DNA of 63,363 nucleotides, filler included, from Octopus bimaculoides (GCF_001194135.2; 5 parts of 4 records of this genome joined end to end with filler, not necessarily neighbours in it); one strand, 5' to 3'. Shown: positions 1 through 11,853, numbered from the whole stretch's first letter. Numbers and translations: made by a program. The notes: generated from the letters alone by a model not told the origin.

Positions 1-200
1 TGTGTTTGTGTTTGTTCCTCCAGTATCGCTTGACAACCGATGCTGGTGTGTTTACGTCCCCGTAACTTAGCGGTTCGGCAAAAGAGACTGATAGAATAAG
101 TACTAGGCTTACAAAGAATAAGTCTTGGGGTCGATTTGCTCGACTAAAGGTGGTGCTCCAGCATGGCCACAGTCAAATTACTGAAACAAATAAAATAGTA
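1..200 (+). mobile_element. SINE family B, 3' half (cut by window edge)
   Basis: Matches the tail seen at 4680-4900, 17440-17645 and 40070-40255: cgcttgacaaccgatgctggtgtgtttacgtcccc...gtgctccagcatggccacagtcaaattactgaaac. Confidence 0.9.
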
Positions 201-205
201 AAAAA

Positions 206-206
<1 letters not shown>

Positions 207-254
<48 letters not shown>

Positions 255-313
255 CGTATGTATGTATGTATGTATGTATGCATGTATGTATGTATGTATG
301 TATGTATGTATGT
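207..313. repeat. (TA)n/(TATG)n microsatellite
   Basis: Direct reading. Confidence 0.95.
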
Positions 314-996
314 GAAAATTATAAGGGTAGAAAATGTAGAAAATTTTTAATACCGCTGGTTAGCATGCGTACTAAAAATCAATAGACAACATATTTTCAT
401 ATATAAACGTGTATAGTATTTATACACACAGAGGTGATCCTTTACAGGACGCCTTACATGCTAGAGAGGGCAGCCAAACCCAAACCACGATAAGCGTATC
501 AAAAGGAGTCCGTGAAAAATTCATTTTGAAAAGGTTGGGAACTACTGATCTAGTCAATAAGTGCAACTACTTTTCTTATAATCAATACATATATTTTGGG
601 GAACATAATCTTAAACATTTATCATATACTGAAAGCAGGTATTTCCTGTTTTTCAACGATGAAAGAAATCTAAATACATTTCCAAATACATTTTGAAGCA
701 ATGGGAGGCGGTTGCGATATATGACGATATCAGTTACTATCAATAGACATCAAGGGGTAAGCTGTAGTCGTATGTAAAGAACAGGGAAGAATCGATAATT
801 GTTTTGTAACAAATGCTAGTATAGAGCTGAGAAGGTAATAGTGCGCAGTAATAGTCTGCGTATATGTAGGTGAGCAGTTGTGATGAATTAGATGTACTCC
901 CAGCTGAGTAAAATAACGTTTTAACAAGTTAAAAGTCAATGGGCTAATAACTATACAGTTGTCAAGATAACAAGTTCACACGAAAGTAGATATTTC

Positions 997-1044
997 CAAC
1001 AGCTTTCACGCACACTTCCGATTGTTTCTCATTCATCAGGTATT
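997..1044 (-). ncRNA. Decayed PLE-type hammerhead-like motif
   Basis: Minus strand CTGATGA-atg...cgt-GAAA-gct: both core boxes intact, palindromic AGCT stem III, but G at position 17 and poor stem I. Confidence 0.4.
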
Positions 1045-1175
1045 AAACTAGTTACAAAATCTGTCACTCAGAATGTGGGTGCGCGTGTGTGATTGTGTGT
1101 GTGTGTGTGTGAGTGTATATGTATGTATGTGTGCGTGTGCGTGCGTGCGCATGCATGTATGTAAGTATGCATACG

Positions 1176-1206
<31 letters not shown>

Positions 1207-1240
1207 ACATACACACACACACACATATATATATATATAC

Positions 1241-1381
1241 CGGAGTAAGCACATAAATGTGAAACAAGGTGGAAGAAAGAGTACTCAAATACCAGAGGTA
1301 GAATAATATGCTTTATTTAAAAGCAGCAGAAATATAACAAAAGCTGTTACTCAGAGTTTCACGTTCCCGTTTGCCGGACAG
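1241..1381 (-). mobile_element. Penelope-like 3' end with decayed minimal hammerhead (1344-1381)
   Basis: Minus strand ctgt-CCGGCAA-acg ggaa cgt-GAAAC-tctga-GTA-acag, followed by AATAAA. Stems I, II and III pair; the core has 3 transitions relative to CUGACGA. Confidence 0.55.
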
Positions 1382-1391
1382 TTTATATATA

Positions 1392-2515
1392 CAGGGTGCA
1401 TAAGGTATTTGTTGACATATATTTTTTGAGGTCATCGCTACATTTTTTGCTAACTCTGTATAATCTGTTTCAGAAAATAATAATGGCAGACCCTCACCTT
1501 ACTCAAGAAATGAAGAGGTATGCTGTTATTGTGGTTATAAAGGCTGAGCATAGCAATTTAGAAAGATCTCGATTTTTAAAAGTTGCCAGATCTTTCGTTT
1601 ACAAGGTTTGTAAAGAGCTAAAGACTGAAGATAGAAACGTATCACCAGTATCAAAGCATAAAAAGCATTCTAATCGCTCTGAAATCATCAGAACACTTGA
1701 ATTTATCAAACAGGATCACCAGACCATTTTTTTCTACAGTTACAGCTCGGAGCTGCGGCCATGCTGATGCACCGCCGCTTTGATTACAATCCCAGAACGT
1801 CTATGAGGTCAATTGCAAAAGATCTTCATGTGTCAGAAGGAACAGTCAGAAATGTTGTCCACGAAGACATCAGATATAAATCTTATATGATGATGAAAGG
1901 TCAATTTGTCAGAAAAAGCAAAATAAAATCACTACATCAGATCTTAAAGGTTCTTAAAGAAATCCAGCACAAAAAGATTTGATTTGGTTTTTCTCAAACG
2001 AGAAAAACTTCGAAAAAGATCAAAAAGTTAACAGAAGACATGACGACAGATGGTTATGCGCAGACCCTTTTGAAGTTCCAAGTGTCATACATAAAAAAAT
2101 TCCTGCAACTGTCATGGTTTTAGGGGGTTGTCAGTAAAGATGGATATGTGATTTATTCTCACTTCTTTCCACAACACCTGAGAGTTAACTCTGCCGCCTA
2201 CTTTGAGGTCATGTAAACAATTGTTAAGCCCTGGATATACGGTGTATGCAATGGAAGGCCATATGTGTTTCAGTAAGACTCTGCGCTATCGCACATGGCT
2301 CTAGTAATCCACTGGATTATTACATGTGGAGCATTGTTAAGAGAGAGAGGCCAATGAACACGCCCATAACACCAAAGATTCTTTGAGGGCAGCCATAGTC
2401 AGAGTAATGTCCAGAAGAAACCAGGACCACTTGATCCGAGCGTGGAGATGATTTAGGTCTCATATAGAAGCATTTGCTGAAGCTGAAAGGGGCTTTATTG
2501 AATAACATTATAGAA
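1392..2515 (+). mobile_element. Decayed Tc1/mariner transposon, DD37D (maT)-like transposase pseudogene
   Basis: TA|CAGGGTG start. Broken frames give MADPHLTQEMKRYAVI, NPRTSMRSIAKDLHVSEGTVRNVVHEDIRYKSY, IWFFSNEKNF, VMVLGVVSKDG and RPYVFQ*DSA; stops and frameshifts present. Confidence 0.85.
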
Positions 2516-3330
2516 AAGAAGGTTTATATATNNNNNNNNNNNNNNNNNNNNNNNNNNNNNNNNNNNNNNNNNNNNNNNNNNNNNNNNNNNNNNNNNNNNN
2601 NNNNNNNNNNNNNNNNNNNNNNNNNNNNNNNNNNNNNNNNNNNNNNNNNNNNNNNNNNNNNNNNNNNNNNNNNNNNNNNNNNNNNNNNNNNNNNNNNNNN
2701 NNNNNNNNNNNNNNNNNNNNNNNNNNNNNNNNNNNNNNNNNNNNNNNNNNNNNNNNNNNNNNNNNNNNNNNNNNNNNNNNNNNNNNNNNNNNNNNNNNNN
2801 NNNNNNNNNNNNNNNNNNNNNNNNNNNNNNNNNNNNNNNNNNNNNNNNNNNNNNNNNNNNNNNNNNNNNNNNNNNNNNNNNNNNNNNNNNNNNNNNNNNN
2901 NNNNNNNNNNNNNNNNNNNNNNNNNNNNNNNNNNNNNNNNNNNNNNNNNNNNNNNNNNNNNNNNNNNNNNNNNNNNNNNNNNNNNNNNNNNNNNNNNNNN
3001 NNNNNNNNNNNNNNNNNNNNNNNNNNNNNNNNNNNNNNNNNNNNNNNNNNNNNNNNNNNNNNNNNNNNNNNNNNNNNNNNNNNNNNNNNNNNNNNNNNNN
3101 NNNNNNNNNNNNNNNNNNNNNNNNNNNNNNNNNNNNNNNNNNNNNNNNNNNNNNNNNNNNNNNNNNNNNNNNNNNNNNNNNNNNNNNNNNNNNNNNNNNN
3201 NNNNNNNNNNNNNNNNNNNNNNNNNNNNNNNNNNNNNNNNNNNNNATATATATATATATATATAACTATATATATATAATAGAGTTATTAATATTTCTAA
3301 GTCTCTCTAAAGGAGATATATATATATATA

Positions 3331-3438
3331 GTTGAAATTTACTGAAAGACAAAAGACGAAGACTGGTGTATAAACAACAAACAGGTGTATTAGTTTGACG
3401 CTCGGTAAGTCAGAAAGTCTTTTCTGTTTCGAGCCTAC
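3331..3438 (-). mobile_element. Penelope-like 3' end fragment (same family as 17020-17180)
   Basis: Reverse complement gtaggctcgaaacagaaaagactttctgacttaccgagcgtcaaactaatacacc aligns with gtaggctcgaaacgttaaagactttttcacttcccgagcgttatactaatacatcc at about 17052. Confidence 0.65.
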
Positions 3439-4180
3439 TAGTGGATTTAGCAATCAGTCATAGCCACTGGTTGGAAAAAGGTAGTTGGGCAGGAGAGCTA
3501 GGGCTAAGGGGAGATAATAAAGTACTGGTGATCCCATAACGAAGGCGCGCGTGCGTGTGTGTGTGTAGGAGGGTGTGTGTATGAGGGTGTGTGTGAATGG
3601 AGCTAGTGATTTTGATGTGTGGATATGTGCGTGTGTATATTCCCCTGTAATGTGTGAGTGATGGTGTGTGGGTGTGTGGATGGTGGTGTCTGGGAGTGCA
3701 GTTGATGGTATAATGTGAGAGTACTGGGAAGTGGTCAATGCTAGTGTGTGTGGAGCTGTGCGGGGTGGTGTGATGTGGTGTGATGGTGTGGTGGTGTGTG
3801 GTATGGTGTGGCACAGAGGGGGTGTGAGGTTGGGTGTCGGGGTGTGGGGATGTGAGGGTTATACCAGTTAAAGAGGCAATTTTTATAATTGATATATACA
3901 CACCTTCTACCTATTTTGGTTATGATATCATTTTTGAAATTCTTAAATTTTATTTTTATACAACATAACAATATTATATATAAACAATCACCCATAGTGA
4001 CCCTAGTTAAAATTTCCTCTGTATTAACATCTTAGGTTTCTTTCCTTTATGCACTATAAAGGCAGAAGTAAATCTGCCTATAGCTCAGTCACGCGCCTGT
4101 CTTTCGCTTATTTTTTGTGTTTTACTACATAAACGTCACTAACTTCCTACCCTGACTAATTACTGACGGTACGCGCCTGG

Positions 4181-4245
4181 TATGTATGTATGTATGTATG
4201 TATGTATGTATGTATGTATGTATGTATGTATGTATGTATGTATGT
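4181..4245. repeat. (TATG)n microsatellite
   Basis: Direct reading. Confidence 0.95.
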
Positions 4246-4900
4246 AGGTGTAGGAGTGGCTGTGTGGTAAGGCGGCGAGCTGGCAGAAATGTTAGCACGC
4301 CGGGCGAAATGCTTAGCAGTATTTCGTCTGCCGTTACGTTCTGAGTTCAAATTCCGCCGAGGTCGACTTTGCCTTTCATCCTTTCGGGGTCGATAAATTA
4401 AGTACCAGTTTCGCACTGGGTCGATGTAATCGACTTAATCTCTTTGTCTGTTCTTGTTTGTCCTCTCTATGTTTATCCCCTTGTGGGCAATAAAGAAATA
4501 AGAAGCTTGCTTACCAACCACATGGTTCTGGGTTCAGTCCCACAGCGGGGTACCTTGGGCAATTGTCTTCTACTATAGCCTAGGGCCGACCAAAGCGTTG
4601 TCAGTAGATTTGGTAGACGGTAACTGAATGAAAGCCCTTCGTATATATATGTATGTGTGTATATATATGTGTGTGTGTGTGTTTGTGTGTCTGTGTTTGC
4701 CCCCCCCCCCAACATCATCGCTTGACAACCGATGCTGGTGTGTTTACGTCACCGTGACTTAGCAGTTCGCCAAAAGCGACCGATAGAATAAGTACTAGGC
4801 TTACAAAGAATAAGTCCTGGGTTCGATGTCCTCGACAAAAGTGGGTGGTCCAGCATGGCCGCAGTCAAATGACTAAAACAAGTAAAAGAGTAAAAGAGCA
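4245..4900 (+). mobile_element. Full-length SINE B interrupted by a nested SINE C
   Basis: tRNA-like head gtggctgtgtggtaa/gaagcttgc...ggttcagtccc, CORE-like accttgggcaattgtcttc, central TA/TG repeat, and standard tail. Confidence 0.9.
4271..4498 (+). mobile_element. SINE family C (long-tail variant)
   Basis: ggcggcgagctggcagaa head, B-box-like gagttcaaattcc, central gtcgactttgcctttcatcctttcggggtcgataaattaagtaccag, tail ending aataaagaaa. Confidence 0.9.
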
Positions 4901-4916
4901 TATATATGCGTGTGTG

Positions 4917-4955
<39 letters not shown>

Positions 4956-5439
4956 CAATCCTGCGTATATCCCTATGGGTTAAAAACCTGATATAGTAGA
5001 TATCCCAAGAAAAAAGACGCGAACATATCGACGTTTAATAACATAATGGTTACGGATGTGGCAATTAAGTGGTAAAAGTAAAGAAAAGAAAAGAAATAGA
5101 AAAAGATGTAGATAGAGCCAGGTGAGGGGATTTTAAGGATTGGCTATAGGATAAAGTAAGGTGCATAGATGTATGGTGTCTAAGAATTGTGTACAGGGTA
5201 GCCGAGAAGATATGAGGTGGTAGAGGAAGATAGGGTAAAAATATAGAGCGAAATGAAAGTAAAATAGAGATAATAGTAGATGTCTGGTAGTCTTAAAGTC
5301 TAAAATTCTTGAGGAGGAAATTTAGTAGTAACTGCCTGTGTCCGTTCTGACTAAGGTCAGTGGCTGTAGAGTTATTTTTAGCAATGGGGTTATGTGTATG
5401 TAGGTAGTCGAGAAAGGAAGAGCTAGTTGAATTTAAATT

Positions 5440-6059
5440 ATTTATGAGAAGATTTATATTAGGAAAAATTTGTGCGGAATAATTTGTGCTTACATCGTTG
5501 TATTTATTAAGTAATTGTGGTGAGTTGTGGGTCAGAATTTTGAGAGCTTCTTTTAAGCAAAGTCCTCAACTGGAGTGTTGGCCCTCATATAGGGTACCCA
5601 AGACTATTATAGCCCAGGTATTTTTCCAACTTATTAGATGGCGTATGTGGCTGGCTAGTGATGTGGCATTGCTATTGTCCTTGTATTTAAACGAGTTTAA
5701 ATGTGCATAATACCTGTGTTTAAAGTTGGTACTGGATCCAATGTAGTAGCTACAGGAGTTATTTACCATATTGTGAACGGTGCATCGGTATCCGACGTTG
5801 AATCTTCTGCATTGGGCTTGCAGTGGGCAATCTGTCTTGGATCTGAAGTTGCAGTTATCGATTCTCTGATGGTTAATTGGAGAGAGAGAGATGAGATAGC
5901 GTTGGTAGTGACTAGGGTGGTATCAAGTTGAATCGATCGTGATTTTGCTGTTATTATTGCTGTCGATTCTAGTATCGATATCAACGCCAGCGTTACCATT
6001 ATTATTATTATCGTCATTATCATTATCGGCGTCGCTGTTGTAATTATTATTATCATTAC

Positions 6060-6117
<58 letters not shown>

Positions 6118-6128
6118 AGTAGTACTAC

Positions 6129-6160
<32 letters not shown>

Positions 6161-6810
6161 ATTGCAGCAGCAGCAGCAGTAATTGCAGCAGCAGAAGTTG
6201 CAGCAGCGGCAGTAGTAGTATCATTAGTAGTAGTGTTAGTATTAGCAGTAGTAGAGGAAGTGGTATTAGTGATGTTATTACTGCGACTACTAATAGTTGC
6301 ATTTGTGGTAGGAGTGTTAATAATAGTACGGTTTTCAGTAATGGTAATATTGCCGTTGGCGTTAGCATTAATATTTCTACTACTCCATTAGTAGTTGAAG
6401 CATATGTATTATTAGTTGTAATGGTTATAGTATAGTTAGTATCAGTAAGCCTATTAGTGTTTGCGTCGGTTTCAGGTGTGCGCCCATTACCCTCAGAGGT
6501 GGGAATTATATTATGTATGTTTAAGTTGTTTAAAGTGGTCAGGCCAGGGTTGTTAGATATGTTATTGCGATCGGTGTTAGTGTTTTCATTGTGTAGGTTT
6601 ATGGCAGCGTTGTATCTATTCAGATAGTAGGAGCTAAGTTTACGTTTATTAGATGAGGTCATAATAGATTTTATATTTGATGTGGATGAATGGGATAATT
6701 TCAAAGTGGATTTGTTAAAGATAGAATGGTACTTATGGTTACGTGGGAAATTGGATTCTACTATTCTAAAGAAAGCTTTAGTGAAGCCCTTAACGTTTAA
6801 ACCCAATCAA
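5440..6810 (-). mobile_element. 5'-truncated Penelope-like element: post-RT linker plus GIY-YIG endonuclease pseudogene
   Basis: FFRIVESNFPRNHKYHSIFNKSTLKLSHS and YIGSSTNFKHRYYAHLNSFK...NATSLASHI match the PLE linker and GIY-YIG patterns; frameshifted. Confidence 0.85.
6054..6160. repeat. (TAG)n microsatellite inside the PLE linker
   Basis: Direct reading. Confidence 0.95.
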
Positions 6811-8619
6811 TACCATAAATACATCAACACAGAATCTAACCACCATAAAGGCTGAATCATATTGTTTTGTAAGCACTTTGAGTTGCTTCAGTCCTCGTTG
6901 CCTTAACTATGCATATATTTTTCACGCTTTTTGTTTCTCGTCCTCTCTACTTGTGACTGTCTCCATCATTATATTTCTTAACCTCTTCTTTGCCTCATCT
7001 TCACTGTATCAATTCTCTAACAACTATATCCAAGGTTGTTATTAAAACCAAGTTAGACGGTAAGAATTTAACGCGCTAAAATCGCCGATAACTGTAGAGT
7101 CGTTTACATTATGCATGTTTCAGGATATGTGTTCTATATACTTATATATTGTTTTAATTTTTTATTTGACTCACTAATCAAAACGGTCGTTAATGTTATA
7201 GCCTTATAAACTCGTCTTCTATATAGTGGTATTAGCAGCTATGAGTAGAGCACGATAAGTGAACTGGAACTGCTTTCAAAATATGCATTCGAGCCAACAA
7301 AGAAGTCTTTCTGATGTAATTCAAAGTGTTAGAAATAGCAACTAAATCTCCTTCAATTGCATTTCATACTGTATTCGAAAAGATAACACATTGTAAAATG
7401 TAATCCTACATTGTAAAAGGAAAACAAAAATGATCTAATCACAAGACCGACTTTAGCTATGTGAACGGGCTCCCCGTCACTTATACACGTGCGTCGTCTG
7501 TTCGTGGTTGTTCAAATTTCAGCTCGCTGTGTAAATGAACTCCTAGTAACTTACATGAGTGTATAATCTACTTCGAGTTCGTTGATCAAATTTGAGCTCG
7601 TTATGCAGGTTTAATTTTCTTGAGAAAAGCCTTTCGCATACGGGTACTTCACTTTACATTACAGTATACAGCTTAGCATCTCCACATCGCAAGTTCAAAT
7701 CATTCTAGTACCAACTTTCAATGTATCAATCCCTTGCTTCAATGAAAAAAACAACGTAACGGGCAAATATTGGAATCGATCCAATAGCCATATCTCTCCT
7801 TTATAGATTGTGGCTTTGAGCCACTGTAAAAAAATCAATAAGGAATAAGAGGACAAGAGAAAATAATTCAATCTCCAACAACTGCCAAAGAGACATTGTT
7901 TCATTGAAGATTTATTACCATTTTTCTTTAACTAAGTGACTATAATGCTTTCTTGTCGTCATTTCATTGTAATAATTTACTCGCAGTAGAAGAGAGAATA
8001 TTCTTCGTAGAAACACGTTATCGATAAAATAAGTCTGCAAGATCCGATATCTATTTTCTTACATTAATCATGCTCTTGAGAAATTCTGGTACGTCGCAAC
8101 TTCTCACATGACTCTGCGTAATATTCTAGTCATCGTACCTACATAAGATATTGAACGCAGGCATAGCTGTTTGTTGTTATTAGAAAGTTAGTTTCACATT
8201 CAAGTGCTTCACTGTTCGAGTTCACTGCACGGACATATTATACAAGTATACACGGACCAACCAAAGCCTTTTAAGCAGAATTATGTAGAAAGAAGTTGGT
8301 ACAAAGTTTGTACCTCTTTTGTGAGTAGACTGTATTTGTCACCCAGTTTAACTTACCAATCTGCTCCGGGTATACCTTTAGCTGAGTCTACTCAGTTGTA
8401 AGCATTGGAACATATCTGGTGGTCTGAGGAAATTTCCTCCCACCACCCTCAAAGGTCATGAAAGGGATGAAAGACGTGACTCCTCCTCTTCTCAATAATT
8501 AATGCAAGTATGTAAATATCTATGAACAGATCTTACTGGATTATGTAAAACTTGTTGACAATGAAAGGATATTCAAATATATCAGCGTAATATCCTTATC
8601 ATAGCATCTTAATGGCATC

Positions 8620-10020
8620 ACATTCTGATAAAGACACCAACACTGATAATATCACTGCTGATACCCTGGTGGATAGTTCAATGACACTAAAATAACAGCA
8701 ACATTGTTACTGTGATAACGCTGAAGTTAGTACCGTGGCTGATAATGTAGTGACACAACAACAACAATACTGACACTGTGGTAATAATATCGGTGATATT
8801 GAGGTAACATCACTACTGGCACAGCTATAACAGCAACACAGACGCTGTGGTAGCATTACTAAATATTCGGTGATAATAGCAAAACTGAAACTGGGGTGAC
8901 TCTACTGCTGACACTGTAGCAACACTACCACTCACACTGAGTAATAGCAACACTGGAACTCTACCACCGATACAGTGATAGTTATACTACTACAAAAAAA
9001 AAAACACCCCAGTGATGACAACAAGACTAACTCTATAGTATCACTACCACTGATATTGTGATAACACTGTCAGTCACACTGCAATAACACTGTTGTGCAC
9101 ATTGTAAGAATAATTCTCCTGATTCTAATGACATCACTGAGACTATCTTTTATCCTTTACTTGTTACAATCATCAGGTTGCGTACGTGCTGGGGCACTGC
9201 CTTGAAGAATTTTAGTAGAACGAATCGAACTTAGTACCGATTTTTCTTTAAGCCTGGAATTTATTCCATCGGTCTCTATTGTCAGACGGTTAATTTACGG
9301 GGATGTAAACACGCTAACGCCGGCTGTCAAGATGTTGGGGAGGATAAACACTGACACAGTGACACACACACATACAGCTTGTGTGTATAAATGTATGTAT
9401 ACGCGAGAGCTTCTTTCAGTTTCCGTCTACCAAATCCACTCTCAAGGCTTTGGTCGGCCCGAGGCTATTGTAGAAGACACTTGCCCAAGGTACCACGCAG
9501 AGGGAGTGAAGCCGGAACCATGTAGTTGGGAAGCAAACTTCTTACTACACAGCTACACCTGCGCTTACGATAACATTACTGGTGACATTCTGACAACACC
9601 ACTACCGTTGTTGTGATAATACTACCATGTTTAGCACTTTATGACACTAGTAATAACTTCACTGATTCCGTGATAACATCAACATTGACACTGTGATAAC
9701 ATTAGTGCTGAACACAATGATAAACCGTAACTAACACTATATGATATAATAACACTATCAATGACACTGTGATGATAATATTAATATTTGTAAGGACACG
9801 ACTGTTGGTATGTTGATATCACTGTTCGTGACACTGTTGTAACCCTAGCAGTAACGCAGCTAGACATTACTGATATTATTACTTCAGTAACACTGTTCTA
9901 AAGTCACTAATATCACTTTGATAGCGGTACTGACATTCATAAAACCACTAATTCTGTTATAAAACCACTAGTTTCATTTGATAACAACATTGTTGACAAA
10001 AGTGATACTACTGCCGACAA
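8620..10020. repeat. Degenerate ACACTG(TG)ATAAC-type low-complexity array, split by a SINE B
   Basis: Recurrent acactg/gtgataac units at 8620-9140 and 9570-10020. Confidence 0.55.
9145..9565 (-). mobile_element. SINE B, full length, diverged
   Basis: Reverse-complement tail at 9145-9340 and head/CORE at 9410-9565 (cttgcccaaggtaccacgcag...gggaagcaaacttcttactacacagc). Confidence 0.85.
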
Positions 10021-10658
10021 TAAATCATCTACGAAACCTCTAACTACTCGTCCGACCTGTGAGACATTGCAGCGGGATCTCCTCCAAATCACATCTTACT
10101 GTCTTAAAAAACTGACATATTGGATAACGTCCAAGAAACACTGAAATAAAAGGTGTGATAGTCAGAAGTGGTGCGCAGTTGACCGTAGGTCTCCTTGAAC
10201 ACAGCTGACTTAGGGTGAAAGAATGTCAACAATAATGATTATTAATTTTGTAAACCTCAAAAGCTAGTGGGTAGTATCTTACTCTCAACCAACATAATTA
10301 TTGAAGCAATGCTCAGGTAATGATGAAAATATTCAATTGATGTTCTCTTTTGAAATATTTCCAGTCTAGCAATCACTAATATTTCAGTTTTATGTCGGTG
10401 TTATTTCGATAAAGTCTAAGCAATACTCCACCCCCTGGTGTTATGAACACATTATTTTACCAAAAGCGAAATTCCTATTTAAATATTTATATATAGATCT
10501 AAAAATATAAGATATAAAACACATAAAGCCTTTAAACTTGCTAACAACTTTCACTCGTCTTTTCCAAGATATTTGGCAATATTGATTGTTCAGTTCAATT
10601 GGCAGTGTTTGGTTTGACGGAAGCGCAGCTGTGTATTCGCTAAAATATACAGAAACTG

Positions 10659-10708
10659 ACTATATTCCAATGGGAATATCACCGAGGATATTCCCAGTGG
10701 AATATAGT
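10659..10708. repeat. 22-bp inverted repeat (hairpin) with 6-nt loop
   Basis: actatattccaatgggaatatc-accgag-gatattcccagtggaatatagt, one mismatch. Confidence 0.9.
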
Positions 10709-11062
10709 AAGTAGATTTCATTATCTTAGTCGAATCTAATTATGAAAATGCAATCACTGATTGCTTATGGCAGCTGGTTCCCAGTTGGTAAAACTGAAGT
10801 TTTACCAAAATTTAATTTTCTTAAGAATTTCTAAGTTGTGCTTTGTCATCAAGCCAGAAAGCATTGGGTTATTGGTTTGATCGAAAACAAATATTAATAT
10901 CGATTCTTTGCAATAGATTTGTCTGAAAAAATGTTGCGCTAGAGAAGGTAAGGAGCATCCCTTGGGAAATAATATTACCGGGTATACCAAGATCAGGAGT
11001 TATCTATCTTACTTTGTCATTCTGTCGCTGAAGATGCTAATCGCTCACTCTGGAGCAATACA

Positions 11063-11065
11063 AAC

Positions 11066-11098
<33 letters not shown>

Positions 11099-11176
11099 CA
11101 TACATACATACACACACACATATATATATACACACACACGTACATACACACACACATATATATACATATATACATC

Positions 11177-11221
<45 letters not shown>

Positions 11222-11260
11222 GTCTGTATGTATATATATATGTATGTATATATATATATT

Positions 11261-11304
<44 letters not shown>

Positions 11305-11786
11305 TAAAGGGGAGCCAGAGATACATGTATGTGCGTGTGCATTATATATACTGTATGCATATATGTATATATGAATGTATGCTTATGAATATATATGACC
11401 TCATTACATGTGTGAATGTGTCTGTGTGTGTGCCTGTGTGTGTGCGTGTGTATACGTGTGTATATACATATACATCATACATACATGTATATTCTCATCT
11501 TAAATTATAAACTCATACGTGTGCGTGTATTTATACGTTTGTCAACATAGATACAAACTTAAATACACATATACTTAGCTATTTATACCCACCATACACA
11601 TATAAATGCATTTATATGTGTATGTGTATATTAACAAACGAACATGTACATAGACATTAACATGTACGCATATATATGTATTTATATATGTATGTGTACA
11701 CACATGATTATATACATGAGCATATGTATATACACATGTATACATACATATATGAATGCATACACACACACAGACACTCACACACT

Positions 11787-11850
<64 letters not shown>
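11063..11850. repeat. Compound TA/CA/TATG/GA microsatellite region
   Basis: Direct reading. Confidence 0.85.

Positions 11851-11853
<3 letters not shown>

Noticed and set aside
3440-3560. MGSP motif suggesting a PLE RT fragment
   Set aside because: A four-residue match with no flanking RT motifs.
4245-4560. tRNA-like A/B boxes in SINE heads
   Set aside because: No complete cloverleaf, and each continues into SINE body sequence, so none is called a tRNA gene.
7555-7640. Minus-strand open stretch EVPVCERLF...LYTH ending at a GTAAGT donor (and another donor near 8350)
   Set aside because: Weak acceptor, no recognisable homology, and no consistent exon chain.
10990-11060. Minus-strand AG...GTAAGA 37-nt candidate exon downstream of the 12171 donor
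   Set aside because: Stop codons in all three phases.
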